Shown: positions 46,243-57,986 of the stretch, in pieces
How positions within the stretch are numbered: position 1 is the first letter of the stretch
Layout: each line of letters opens with the position of its first letter
Assembly (NCBI GenBank): GCA_023920165.1
Contig: CP089274.1
Location: 3,348,001 to 3,412,000, forward strand
DNA length: 64,000 nt
Direction of reading: 5' to 3'
DNA from: Curvularia clavata
Lineage: Eukaryota
The notes under the pieces: model-generated
Database searches by the model: none
What the model was told of the DNA's origin: nothing
Seen by the model: only the letters and a program-made list of their open reading frames with translations
Made by a program: the position numbers and the translations under genes

Positions 46243-46659
46243 ATATCGTGAAATCGATCGTTGTATCTTGTGCGAACCGTGGTCGTGATGAAGATGGTGA
46301 TTCCAGTCTCAAACGCGGGTTGCGATGGAATGGAATGGGGGGTTTCGAGGACCAAGCTCTTGGGACAGGGTCTCGGCGACGGATGATGCGCAACGCCATC
46401 CCCAGACGTCTCTTCGGCAGCGTCGAGACGAAACGTAACCTCTCGCTTTCTTTCTTGCATTGTCGCGTGTGTTGCCACAGTATCTTTTGCATTCACCATT
46501 CCTTACGCCATTCCCAACATGTACATGTCGAATCGATAACCCCGTCTTACCCACTTGAACCGCTCGTACCGAACATTCGCTGCGGGCCAGCATCCCCTAC
46601 CAAGACATTGCGCAACGCCCTATTAATACCACCAGGACCGCTGTCCTCCCCAGCTCGCC

Positions 46660-49463
46660 ATGAGCGATGAAAAACACAACTACGTCCGGGAGCCCTCGCC
46701 GCCACCCATCCCCACATACGACGAAGCCACATCCTCGCGCAATGCGCCGGCACGCCTAGGACCAAACGAGATCAGCGACGACGCGGAACGACAGGGTCTT
46801 TTGACTCCAGATGTTCACACCCAGTCCGACCCGCGGAGGCGCAATGGGTACTACCAGCCGCCATCAGTACAGTCTGTGAGCGATGGCGACTCTGATCTTG
46901 GGAGCCCGGTGCGGGAGAGCCAGGATGAGGACCTACGGCAGACCATGGAGGAGATGGAGATATTAGATCCCGAAGCCGCCGAGGAAGGAGGATCGAGGCG
47001 GAACCGGGCGCGGAATCGCTTCTCCAAACGCTTCTACAGCATACGACATTCGCTGTCCAAGTGGAATTTGCCCCGGATACCTTGGCCGTCGTGGCGCCCG
47101 AATTTCAGCGCCATAACGAGTGCCATAACGGATCGCTTACCTACGATATCGGAAGAGTACAGACCGGGCTGGGCCATGTTTGCGCGGTTACTCGGCCTTT
47201 TTGTCATTGTCATACTTGTTTACTTCTTGGTGTCTAGTGAGGTGATGCCGATGGGCAATGGGTTTGGACCTCCGTTGAATCCCGAGTGGGTTCGGCAGAC
47301 AGCAGTCGAGGGTGTCGAGAGCTGGCGCATCGAGAAGAACCTCGAGTACATTACGAGCTACGATCATATTGGAGGCACCGAGGGAAGCTATGTGCTAGGA
47401 CAGTGGATCGAGGGCAAGTTCAAGGACGCCAATATGGAGACATTTACACACGATGAGTATGTCTCGTCTCGGCGCCGCTCAGGGCTATACTAACCTGACT
47501 AGATACTTTGTATACATGAACTACGCGAAGAACAACGGCCGCAAGGTAGCCATTGTTGACCCTCCCGAGAAGGCTTGGGAAGCGAAACTCGATGAGCCGT
47601 CCGTTTTCAATCCACCAAAAGCCCAGACACCTGCCTATCACGCACTATCCGCGAGTGGAAACGCCACCGGTCCTCTCATGTACGCCAACTACTGCCACAA
47701 GGACGACTTCAAGCGGTTCTGGGATAATGGAATAGACGTACGAGGTGCAATTGTACTCTGCCGTTACTACGGTACACAGCCCGACCTGGCTATGAAGTTG
47801 AAGGCTGCGCAGGCTGCAGGGGTTGCTGGTGTGCTAGTGTACTCTGATCCGGCAGACGACGGCTTCAAGAAGGGTAACCCCTGGCCAGACGGTAGGTGGC
47901 GACCTGGGGACAGTGTACAGCGAGGCTCTGTCGCGCAGACAAACATGGTCATGGGCGACGTGCTTACCCCCGGAAATCCTAGTTTGAGGAAGATGGAGCG
48001 GATATCCCGGGACAAGAGCCCTGCGCTACCAAAAATCCCAAGTCTACCGCTATCGTGGAAGGATGCCCAGAAATTACTTCAGTCGCTCAAGGGATCTGGC
48101 GAAGAACTTCAAGAAGACTGGGTCGGCGGTGTGCCAGATGTCGATAAGTGGTACTCTGGTCATCCTGACACTTCTCCCAAAGTTTACCTGCAGAATGACC
48201 AAGACGAAGTGGAGCAGCAACGTATCCTCAATGTTTTCGGATCTCTCAAGGGTACTGAGGACCCGGGGAGGAAGATCATCGTGGGAAATCACCGAGACTC
48301 ATGGTGCTTTGGCGCAGCTGATCCTGGCTCCGGCACTGCAGTCATGCTTGAAGTCGTACGCGTACTAGGCGAGCTTCGTGCTCATGGCTGGCGGCCTCTA
48401 CGTACCATTGAGTTTGCATCTTGGGACGCTGGCGAGTACAACCGGATCGGCTCTACGGAGCATGTCGAAGCGAACATTGAAGCTCTCCGCGAAGGCGCTA
48501 TTGCGTATCTCAATGTCGACGTAGGCGTCACAGGCGATAAGCTCTGGGCCAACGGCTCGCCCATCTTCCAACACGCCTGGACCCGCATTCTCGACCGACT
48601 CTCTGATCCCCACGAGAACAAGACACTACGCGAACTATGGGACAATGCAAACAGCAAGATCGGTAACCTGGGCGCTGGAAGCGACTACGTAGCCTTCCAG
48701 TCCATCGCCGGCACCTCCTCCCTCGACTTCGGTTTCGCCAGCTCTACCGAGCCTAACAAATCGCCCAATCCGCTTTCCAACAGCTGCTACGAAACCCTCT
48801 CCTGGATGCGCAAATACATCGACCCCTCCTTCTCCTACCATACGCTCCTCGCGCGCCTCTGGGTGCTCCTCATCCTCGAGCTCGCCCAGGAACCAATCAT
48901 GCCCCTTAAAATCGACGACTTTGCCCGCAGCCTGCAAGAAGAAGGCAAGAACCTGCTCGACTGGACCGAGCAAGTTAGCGGTGGTGCAGAATACGATATT
49001 GGCATCTTCCAGCCGCTCGTCGATGCGCTGAGCATGTTTAAGAAGAAGGCAGAGGGCTTCGCGATGTGGGAGCAGAGCTGGTATAATCAGGTGTATGCGA
49101 CGGGTGGGTTTGAATCGAGTGGCGTTACGATGGCGAGGGTACAGCATAACGCTAAGATTGCGCGGTTGGAGACGGATCTTCTTGATATTGCGAGAGACAA
49201 GAATGATAAGAGTGTGCATGGGGTAAGTCTTCTTCCCGCTTAAACTTTCTCGGGAGGGTTATGAGCTGACAACAACAACAAAGCTGCCGAACCGCACACA
49301 ATTCAAGCACGTTATTTTTGCGCCCGACGCAGAAAATGGGCTCGAGGCGAGCGTTTTTCCCTTTGCCAGAGAAGCCATTGCGAGAAAGGATTGGGACGCA
49401 GCAGCTAAGGCGATCAAGATGACGGCTGACACGCTGACTAGAGCGGGGGAGAGGTTAGGGTAA
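46660..49463 (+). CDS. M28B glutamate carboxypeptidase II / transferrin-receptor-like type II membrane protein (Vps70/Tre-like), three exons
   Basis: Cytosolic N-tail, TM LLGLFVIVILVYFLV, PA domain (VQRGSV, IPSLPLSW), GNHRDSW, ADPGSGTA, YLNVD and GSDY. Last exon LPNRTQFKHVIFAP follows intron 49223-49283, which has an AAG acceptor. Confidence 0.9.
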
Positions 49464-50974
49464 ACGTCCCGTCTTCTTTTTACCTTTCTCTCATTTTCGT
49501 CGTGGCCTTTTATTTGGGAGTTGGAGAAGGGTGGGGATGTGTAGAGTCAACTCCTTCTTTTTTGTAAGAGGGAAAGACGCAAGGGATGTGAGGGTGTTGT
49601 ATAAAGAGGGAGTCCCTGTTGCATAGATTGGGCGTTTTGCTTTTTTTCTCTTCTCTTCTTGTTTGATTGTGACAATCAAGGCGTATATATCGGGGCATTT
49701 CGAAGCATTTGGCCTGGATTAGCTGGGCTTCATTCGTGGGATGTAGATGGCCGTGGTCTTTAGCAGACAGACGGAGTGACCGCGAGAGATAAGCCTGTTT
49801 TTTTTTTGTTCGAATGTCGTCCTTTCCATTGTGGCATAGAACATGTCTTTGTAATGACCTAGTCTTCTTCTCTTTTCTGTCCTGGATGTATGTATGGCTC
49901 TACCTTGCTTTCAGCGCCACGCTCATTCGCAGCAGACTGTGTGTGTACCTTGAGATAGTATCCCATCTCTTTCTATACTTTCTCCAGTATATCTACCGGA
50001 ACAGTCTTTTAGGTTCCGTCTTGTTCACGTCTCCGCCGTTTGTCGAACCAAGTTGGACATGGCGGTATAAAGCGGTGGGTATCAAACACGTTGTGTGACT
50101 TGTGCGTGGAACAAACACTGGATTGTAGTGAATGTAATAGTAGTATATACCATAAAACTAGCTGCCCTTCCATCAAGCGTCGTTACTCGCCTTGCCTCAC
50201 TGGGTGGGTCCCCTAGCAATAATAGTACTGTAGTGGTTTAGCACTACAACTAGTACTGGGTTGCTCGCTAGGGGAGTGTCTGTCGGCCGTAGGACCAGAG
50301 TTCGATTCGGACCAGAACCAAGAGTTCGAGTCGAATGTGAGTCTGATCCGGAAGACAGATGTTGGGCAACGGAGGCACAGACGACTCGACGGCCTTGATA
50401 GAAATTTGGTGGCTTGGTTAATCAATAGCTGGTTAGCCAGCTTCTGGATTTTTGCCTTTTTTTTTTCACTGTCTACATGCAGTGAAAGCACACGGAACGA
50501 GTCACTGATCACTCTTAGAGTAATCTTGTTTTATTAGATTTACGGCCTACTTAGTCTAGTTTTTATTTGTTTATTTGTTAAGTTTAGAATCTATACAGCA
50601 ACCTCGTGAAAAGTATGTGAATACGCGTAGCCCAGAGTTTACAGTAGTGATACACCAAATACAAGGGTTGTACAGCTGTCTAATTGCTATCCCGTCAGTC
50701 AGATAGCTCTCACTTTTGTCAGAGGAGATCTAGTTTTAGTATACGTTAATTTGAGTCCAAAACCAGACTAGCTAAACAAGACGAAGGTCACGATATAGAA
50801 GATCACAGTTGGCACAGATAAGGCGACCTTTTTTAAAATTACTAGAGAGATGGGCCGACACGAAAGGTGAGGAATCTAACAAACTGGTGGCAGCAGACTG
50901 GACACTATATCCCGTATATGGATGTATGATTGGATATTGGGTATCATGGTATGTTGTGTTAAAATACTGAGAAC

Positions 50975-52069
50975 TCACGCAGCCGTAGCCTCAACCTCGT
51001 CCTGGTTCTCCTCTTTCTTTGCTTCCTCTCCCCTACTACCCTCTCCGTCTCCGTCTCCATCTCTCCCACCCTCCAACAACTCCTTCCCCAACTCATCCAA
51101 AAACCTCTCCGCCTTGCCCATACTCCTCTTCTCCTGCACCTCCCTCTTCCTCTTCTTTAGCATCTCCTTCCTCTTTTCCAATGCCTCTCTCCTCTCTGCC
51201 CTAACCCTCTCCGTCTCCCTCCTCTCCTCCTCCATTCTCGCCATCTCTCCCTTTCTCTCCTCTTCGTCCCTCGAAAAATTGAAAAAGCCCATACCACGCT
51301 GCCTAACCTCGGCTTTACCGTCGAAATGCAGGTCTGGTGGCGGCGTAAGTTCCTTGTCGCGCTTGGCGGCGAGCTCAGCCATTTGCTGTGCGATTGTTTC
51401 ATCAGGGTTGAAAGCTTGGGTCTGCACGGCGTCGCCGTAGATGAGGTTTGCAGGCATAGAGGGGCGCGCGGTGAAGCGGTCGGGTTCGTCAGCAGCCAGA
51501 GTGCGTTTTCGTCGTTCTTCGCGGGCGGCTTGTGCGCGGGTGCCTTTTCGCGTGCGTCCAAATTCATCCGTGTATTCGACAAGGTCTTCTTCGTCTTCGT
51601 CTTCTGAAGAGGATGAAGACGAGGAGGGGGCAGAGCCGTTGGCTTGTTTGTCAGCCCATTTCCGATCGAAATCCACGCCGTATTTTTCATCAACGTCTTC
51701 AATGTCGCCGCGCTTGAGGGCGTCATAGAGGCGCGCTTTTTCTTCCATGCGCCGCTTGGTGCGCTTCCAGGTGACTTCATCTTCGGTTTTTTCCTCGGTG
51801 GTGCGGCCGCGGTGCTTTTGGGAGAAGTCGGCGTCTTCTAGGTCTTTTAGGGCGCGCTTCTTGACGTTCTTGTTGTGTGTCTTGAAGATGTCTTCTTTTT
51901 GTGGGCGCGCGCGGCCGCCGGTGGTGGGCTTGTTCGATTCGGCAGATGCATTCTTGATGAGGTTGGAAAGCGTGGATGTGAAGGCGAGACTGCTCGAGCT
52001 AGAGATTTCTTTTGCTTTTGCGCGGCCCTTTGGGCGTGCGCCGTATAAGTGGGCGTCCTTGGATGACAT
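50975..52069 (-). CDS. CCDC174-like (DUF4078) coiled-coil nuclear protein
   Basis: MEEKARLYDALKRG, VDFDRKW, VEYTDEFGRTR and HFDGKAEVRQRGMGFFNFS. Confidence 0.8.
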   Translation of the reverse strand: MSSKDAHLYGARPKGRAKAKEISSSSSLAFTSTLSNLIKNASAESNKPTTGGRARPQKEDIFKTHNKNVKKRALKDLEDADFSQKHRGRTTEEKTEDEVTWKRTKRRMEEKARLYDALKRGDIEDVDEKYGVDFDRKWADKQANGSAPSSSSSSSEDEDEEDLVEYTDEFGRTRKGTRAQAAREERRKRTLAADEPDRFTARPSMPANLIYGDAVQTQAFNPDETIAQQMAELAAKRDKELTPPPDLHFDGKAEVRQRGMGFFNFSRDEEERKGEMARMEEERRETERVRAERREALEKRKEMLKKRKREVQEKRSMGKAERFLDELGKELLEGGRDGDGDGEGSRGEEAKKEENQDEVEATAA

Positions 52070-52362
52070 GTCTGGTGTTTGGCAAGTTCAGAGCGTCCGT
52101 CGCGTGGTGTGGAGCGCGCCGTAAGGCTGAGGCGATGTCGGAGCCGGAGCCTCTGGCCGTTGCGTCACTCCGCTGCCCCGCGTACTATTTTGCGTAACCC
52201 CACGTTCAAATGATGAATTAGCGGTTCCATAGCTGTTGAGATTGTCTCTAAAAACTCACGCTCTTCTCGTGTCATTGACAAAACTCATACATTCTCGTTG
52301 CGTTTTGTTCATTGTTGCGCGACCAATTGCTTGTTAACATAGACACAGAACCTAAACACACA

Positions 52363-53530
52363 ATGCCTCTTCCTCGACAAGTCTTCATCGCCGTTGTCGG
52401 TAAGCCGCTTCTATCTCTCATAAACAATTTTCCATTGCTAACAGTTTACAGGCGCCGGTGGAGTCGGCAAGGCCTTCCTCTCCCAACTCTCCGCCCTCTC
52501 CAAACGTCTCTCGCAGTCGCCCTCGTCACCTTACTACCTATCCCTGATCTGGCTCAGCACGTCCAAAAAGGCAATCTACCACGCCGACTACAAGTCCCTC
52601 TCAAACTGGGAGTCTGAGCTTCAAAACGCTTCCAACCCGACCCTGCCCCTCCCACAACTCTGCGAATACCTACAAAAGGCGCCTGGAAAGGTCGTCCTTG
52701 TAGACAACACTAGCAACCAAGATGTTGCGGATAGCTATCCTAATTTCCTGAAGCACGGCATCAGCATTGTGACACCAAACAAGAAGGCTTTTTCAGGAAG
52801 CTATGACTTGTGGACGCAGATTTTCGATGCGGCGAGCAACGGAAATGGCGCAGGAGGCTACGTCTTCCACGAGTCGTCTGTGGGCGCGGGACTACCTGTC
52901 ATCTCCACACTTAAGGACCTCGTCGAAACAGGCGACGAGGTGACAAAGATTGAGGGTGTCTTTAGTGGAACTATGAGCTTCCTCTTTAATTCGTTCCAGC
53001 CGCTGGGCGGCGGTGGCGGCAAGTTCTCAGCCGAAGTCAAGTCCGCAAAGGAAAAGGGCTACACAGAGCCCGATGCGCGGGACGATCTGAACGGTCTGGA
53101 CGTCGCTCGCAAGCTGACTATCCTCGCCCGCCTTGCTGGACTCAAAGTCGAGTCGCCGACTTCCTTCCCTGTGCAGTCGCTCATTCCCAAGGAGCTGGAG
53201 TCTTGCTCATCAGGTGACGAGTTCCTGGAGAAACTGCCACAGTACGACGACGAGATGGAGAAGCTCAAGGCAGAGGCAGAGAAGGAGGGCAAAGTCATTC
53301 GCTTTGTCGGAAGCGTGGACGTACCGGCTAACAAGGTCAAGGTCGGCCTTGAAAAGTTTGACAAGAGTCACCCAATTGCGGCGTTGAAGGGTAGCGACAA
53401 CATTATTGCGTTCTACACCAAGCGATATGGCGACAACCCGCTCATCATCCAAGGTGCGGGGGCGGGTGGTGATGTCACAGCCATGGGTGTCACAGCAGAC
53501 CTAGTAAAGGTCCTGAGGTTGCTGCACTAG
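52363..53530 (+). CDS. HOM6: Homoserine dehydrogenase; intron ~52400-52451
   Basis: IAVVG|AGGVG, VDNTS, VTPNKK, ESSVGAGLP, EGVFSGTMS, GYTEPDARDDLNGLDVARK and GAGAGGDVTAMGV. Confidence 0.96.
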
Positions 53531-56500
53531 GCATCAGTAGTAAGCATGAGACTTGATCAAAAGTGAAAAATGAAGCTTTGAGGAATGGCCAGAGTATGTC
53601 GACACCATTTTCGTCAACGTGTTGTCAGTATACCGAGCACAGGCTAGCGCAGTGATGTAATGTGCCAAAATGATGCAGTGCCGCGGTGACCGCGACTGTC
53701 ATCGATTTACGACATGTTCACCTGTGGTTGAGATTAACTTTGATGTGCTGTCAAGACTACCGAGGTTCTGAGCTCAGTTCGTAGCACCCTGATATGGGTA
53801 GTGCAACCCTTGGCAGCCTTGAGACGCTGTCAAATGAAGACGCACACTACCTCGGCCCGCGATGCCTAGGCAAAGCGATTTACCAGCCTTTGACTACTCT
53901 CTTACAACACTCTGGCAAAAGCAAGTCTGCAGCTCCTGTCTCGCATATGGTGCTTCGATCTTGGTTGGTAGCGCATGCAACAAGGTAGGACTGGACGATC
54001 AGGAATCAATAGTATGACGAAGAAGAAAAAAGAACTCGTAAGCTTGTCACCACGGGAATTGCAGAACCACTATCTCGAGCATGTTATCGGAGAGATGCAA
54101 CTGGCTCGCTATGTTTCAATCCACAATTGGAATGTGCCGGCGACGCAGCAGGGTTGTGCATATCCACCATAGTAACGAAGGAACACTAGAACGTGGGCTA
54201 CGCGATGTTTCGCTATTCGCGCGCTGGCATCCGGAGCTTGAAACGTCTGGGGAGCCGGAAACAACGATGCAAACATCGTTTACCTCAGTGCATGATGATG
54301 GCTCTGGTGGTGAAAAAAAAGTAGAGTGTCTACCCATGTCTCATGGGATACGTTGACCAACGCAGCAGTATGACATGAACTCGGGGGAGAGTCCAGACCC
54401 TACGAATTCCTTTTGGCAATCTACCACGGCATGTGCAGCTGAGTAGTATGCGGTCATTGATTTCGGGTGTTGTATTTCATACGTCGACCGAGTTTAGTGA
54501 GGCTACTGCATCATGGGTATGTGGAATTCCCAGCTTGAAGGCGTACGTGCTGACCCTGGGCGCGATCATGTCGTACTTGATAGCGAATCTTGGTTGTAGG
54601 AAACGCCAAGCTACCTTGGGTAAGATGGTGTCATTCTTAATCATGCTTGATGTGCATGGGGACTCGGCATCTTGCGGAAGGGATGGGCGCCCTCACATGC
54701 TAGTCTTTGTGTCGGAGGTGATGACCACCTGAGGCATTAGTCAGGCCACTGCTGTCGTGTGGCAGAGACAGAGTTTGCTGGCTCCGGTGCGTATAGTCCA
54801 GGACTGGCTGGCAGGGAATGACGAGTAGTGGGGAGCGATGTGTAAGGCTCAGAGGGTGTTGTTACCACAGCACCGGGACGATTGTTAGCCTTTTGTGGGC
54901 CTTGGTAGAGTTAGACGAGTATCCCCCCAGACGGAGCCATAGGTCAAGAAATGCCTCGCTGCGGGTGAGAAAGACAATGGCCAAGGTGATTTTCCAGACG
55001 GCGTCGAGTTAGCAGTCGACGTGTACGCTGGCGGCTTGGAAGCTTATACGCCGAGATTTTTATGATTGGGTGTTTGGGGCAGAGCGGGGTTGGTACACCG
55101 GGCGAGGGTCAAGTGTGTGCCAAGGCGGGACTAAGAGAATAGGACGGGCGCCAAGGAGCGTGAGCAGCGCGTGAGGGAGCGGAGCGAATAACGAGCGGCT
55201 GCAGAGGCCGGCCGGTGCATAGAGGCGTTGAGGCTGTGTCTTTGGGCCGAATAGGACCCTGGGAGTCATGGGGTGCTGACACACTGGCAATCGGACAGCG
55301 AAATGCGACACGGCCGTTTCTTGGGCGGCATTGCACACGACACTGTGATGAGAGGGCTGAGGGAAATTGGGCAGAGGCAATCTTGGGCTGGTCTGTGTGT
55401 GTATACGGCCTCGTGGTAAGGGGGTGTGTGCGTGTGTGTGCCTGTCCCTTCCCACAGGGCTGAAATGGAGGGGCGGTCTGTGCAACGGGTATCCTGCTGG
55501 TTTGGGGAGCTGGCTGATTGTGCACACTATCGGCAGCCCTGCTCGTCTGCAACGCGAGCATGGATGGGAGCTGTGGGTGTTGATGTGTAGCCCATGATGC
55601 GCCATGTCTTGCCGGAGAGGTGCATAGGCGGGCGGGTAGCGTAGCACACGTACGGGAGGGCAATATGGGAGAGGGGCAGCAAAGGAAGGGCCCCTGGCTA
55701 CACGGCGCCGTCGGGACGTGGGAAGGATACGCGAGGGGCCTTGATTGTTGTTTTCGCCGGCTGGCAAGTCGGATACCGAGGAGACTACTAGGCGGGTGAG
55801 ATGGGTGTGAATGACCATGGGTGTGTACATACTAGTAGTACGAGGAGAGGAGGGCGGGATGTGGAGCAGATGTGCGGCCACGAGGCATGACTTCATGTGA
55901 GGAGCTAGCAGGGTAGATCAGCAAACTCAGTCGGGCGAGGGCAGCCATGTTTGGCTCACTACCGGCGCCGATAGCTGCAGCGCTGCGGCCTGCCCGTTGG
56001 CCTTGATTGTGTAAGATGTAAGAGAGACAATTGGTATACGCGCACATGGTAGAGCTAAAGTCGACGAGTAGTAGCAGTGCAACGTACGCCAGCGAGGGCG
56101 CCCAAAGCCCAGGCGTACAGCCAACGTCTCAGACAGACTCGACCTCTCGTGTTGGTGGCCGTGATCGCCGGCAGCAGTCGCCAGAACCGTTTTGGCGTGT
56201 TCCTTGGAATAGCCCCTTGTCGTGCCCAGTCCATGTCGCTGTCACGCCGCCGTCTACTGAGCAGCGTCTGAGCGGCTACGCCAGTCGCACAGGGGCGCCC
56301 GTGTCGTGTGGAAAAAAACAAGACGACGACTCAGGTTCAGCTGGCGACCAGGGGCTTGGGTGCCAATGGCATCGCCGGCACCCACCACAGTGGCAGACGG
56401 CGAACGTGCAAAGGGCCCCCTCTCTGCTCTCGGTGCTGGACGGACGGAGCAGCGCGTTGCCTGAGAGCGGTGAGGCAATGGACTCTGATTGACGGTTCGC

Positions 56501-57380
56501 CCGCCACCAGAGAGAGCTTCCACGCTGCTGGCGCCGATCGACTGGCCTGCTGGGCCAACCTGCTGGTGCGTCGCTAGCGTCCAAACCGCGTGCGTCGTCC
56601 CGACGCCGCGACGGACATGGGAGCGTAAGGACATGTCAGCCTAGCTGCGTCGACCACCATCAGCGTATAGGCGTAGCTTGGGCGCAATCCATGGACGTCG
56701 ACGCCTACGCATACGTCCCCCCTGTCGACCTTCCGCCCAGTGGAGCGGGTGGTGTTAAATAAGGACACGCTGCCTGCGTCCGCCCAGCAGCCTCCTCTCC
56801 GTCACGCTCCCAACACACATGCGCACCGACGACTCAACACCATCACCACGACTCTCCCAGACGAGCCCTACAAAGCCGCCGACGCCCGTACCACCCGTCA
56901 TTTCCTGCCTGTCCCTCGACGCTGTCCTGCCCCGCTCATTTTACCCGTCGGAGCACACAAGGGGCGATCGTCTCCAGCAGCCTATCACAGCCTAGTCCTT
57001 GGCACACGGCATTACTACACCCTCATCCTATCCATCCTCCCATCTTACCACATATAACTTGCACCGGATCCCCCGCCCGCCCGTTTGCGCAACCAGAGAC
57101 TGCCTCACCATCTCCTGTCCCTCGCCGACCTCTCACTCGTCACCCGACCTACGCTGCACCATCACTGCCAACGCAGTAGCGCCCACTAGCGTTTACCCCA
57201 GATTGCCACCCGCCCTTGTCCCGTGGCAGCCTTCCGCACCAGGTCTTGGACTCTTATACTCCCACACCCACCACCATCACCATCACCACGACGCTGTCAT
57301 CCCCGTTACTCAAGACGTCTCAATTCAACACCGCTCACAGAACAACCTACCTCGACATTACTTGATCTAAACACACCAAC

Positions 57381-57986
57381 ATGTGCGTCGCCGAACTTTG
57401 CGTCACGGTCCTTCCGTGCAAGCACCGCTGGTACCATCTGGTCCGCCCATGCACTCCCTCTAGCAACCTCTCCACATGCGGCAAGAAGCTGGGAATCTCT
57501 GGCTGGGAAGTCAAGTGCAACCACTGCCCATACTGCCATGGCCATGTTTCCGAGTTCGAGTACAAGCTCATTGGTGACGGCCCAGCTCCTCCTGTTGGAT
57601 CCCTCTCAGGACTTGCCCGCGCACACTCGACTTCATTGAACGCAGCCCGCCGCGACATCCGCCTCGACAACATCACCCGCACCGACAGCGCTACCAGCGT
57701 AGGCAGCAAGAGCAGTCTCGTCACAGCAGCTTCAGAGAAGAACCGAGCCATGAACTCCCGTCTGGATGCCTACTTCTTCCCCTCGCCCGACTCGCCATAC
57801 CCCGCTGTCCGCGAAGACGACAACGAGAGCCACGTTGGCGGAAGCCCCAGCGACACGTCCTGCAGTGACTACGCTAGCGTGCGGCACCCGTCCATCTCCA
57901 TGCCCCCAGTCTCAGAGACACACAAGGCCAACATGCTCTCGCGTGTGAGGCAGCGCACCAAGCGCATCTCTGGAATCTTCAGATGA
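57381..57986 (+). CDS. Hypothetical protein with an N-terminal Cys/His cluster and Ser-rich tail
   Basis: ATG in CAACATG context and C-ending codon bias. MCxxxxCxxxxxCxHxWY...C...C...CxxCxxC. Confidence 0.7.
   Translation: MCVAELCVTVLPCKHRWYHLVRPCTPSSNLSTCGKKLGISGWEVKCNHCPYCHGHVSEFEYKLIGDGPAPPVGSLSGLARAHSTSLNAARRDIRLDNITRTDSATSVGSKSSLVTAASEKNRAMNSRLDAYFFPSPDSPYPAVREDDNESHVGGSPSDTSCSDYASVRHPSISMPPVSETHKANMLSRVRQRTKRISGIFR

Noticed and set aside
50290..50335. Two GTTCGA B-box-like words suggesting a tRNA or SINE
   Set aside because: No cloverleaf, A-box or T-stem pairing.
53528..53545. Stop-codon readthrough to a cryptic PTS1 (checked HOM6, XPT1, IMPase and the E2)
   Set aside because: No TGA-CTA context, and no SKL-like extension seen after these stops.
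55060..55896. 278 aa minus-strand ORF
   Set aside because: Pro/His/Arg-rich low-complexity translation typical of non-coding GT-rich DNA; no domain or codon signal.
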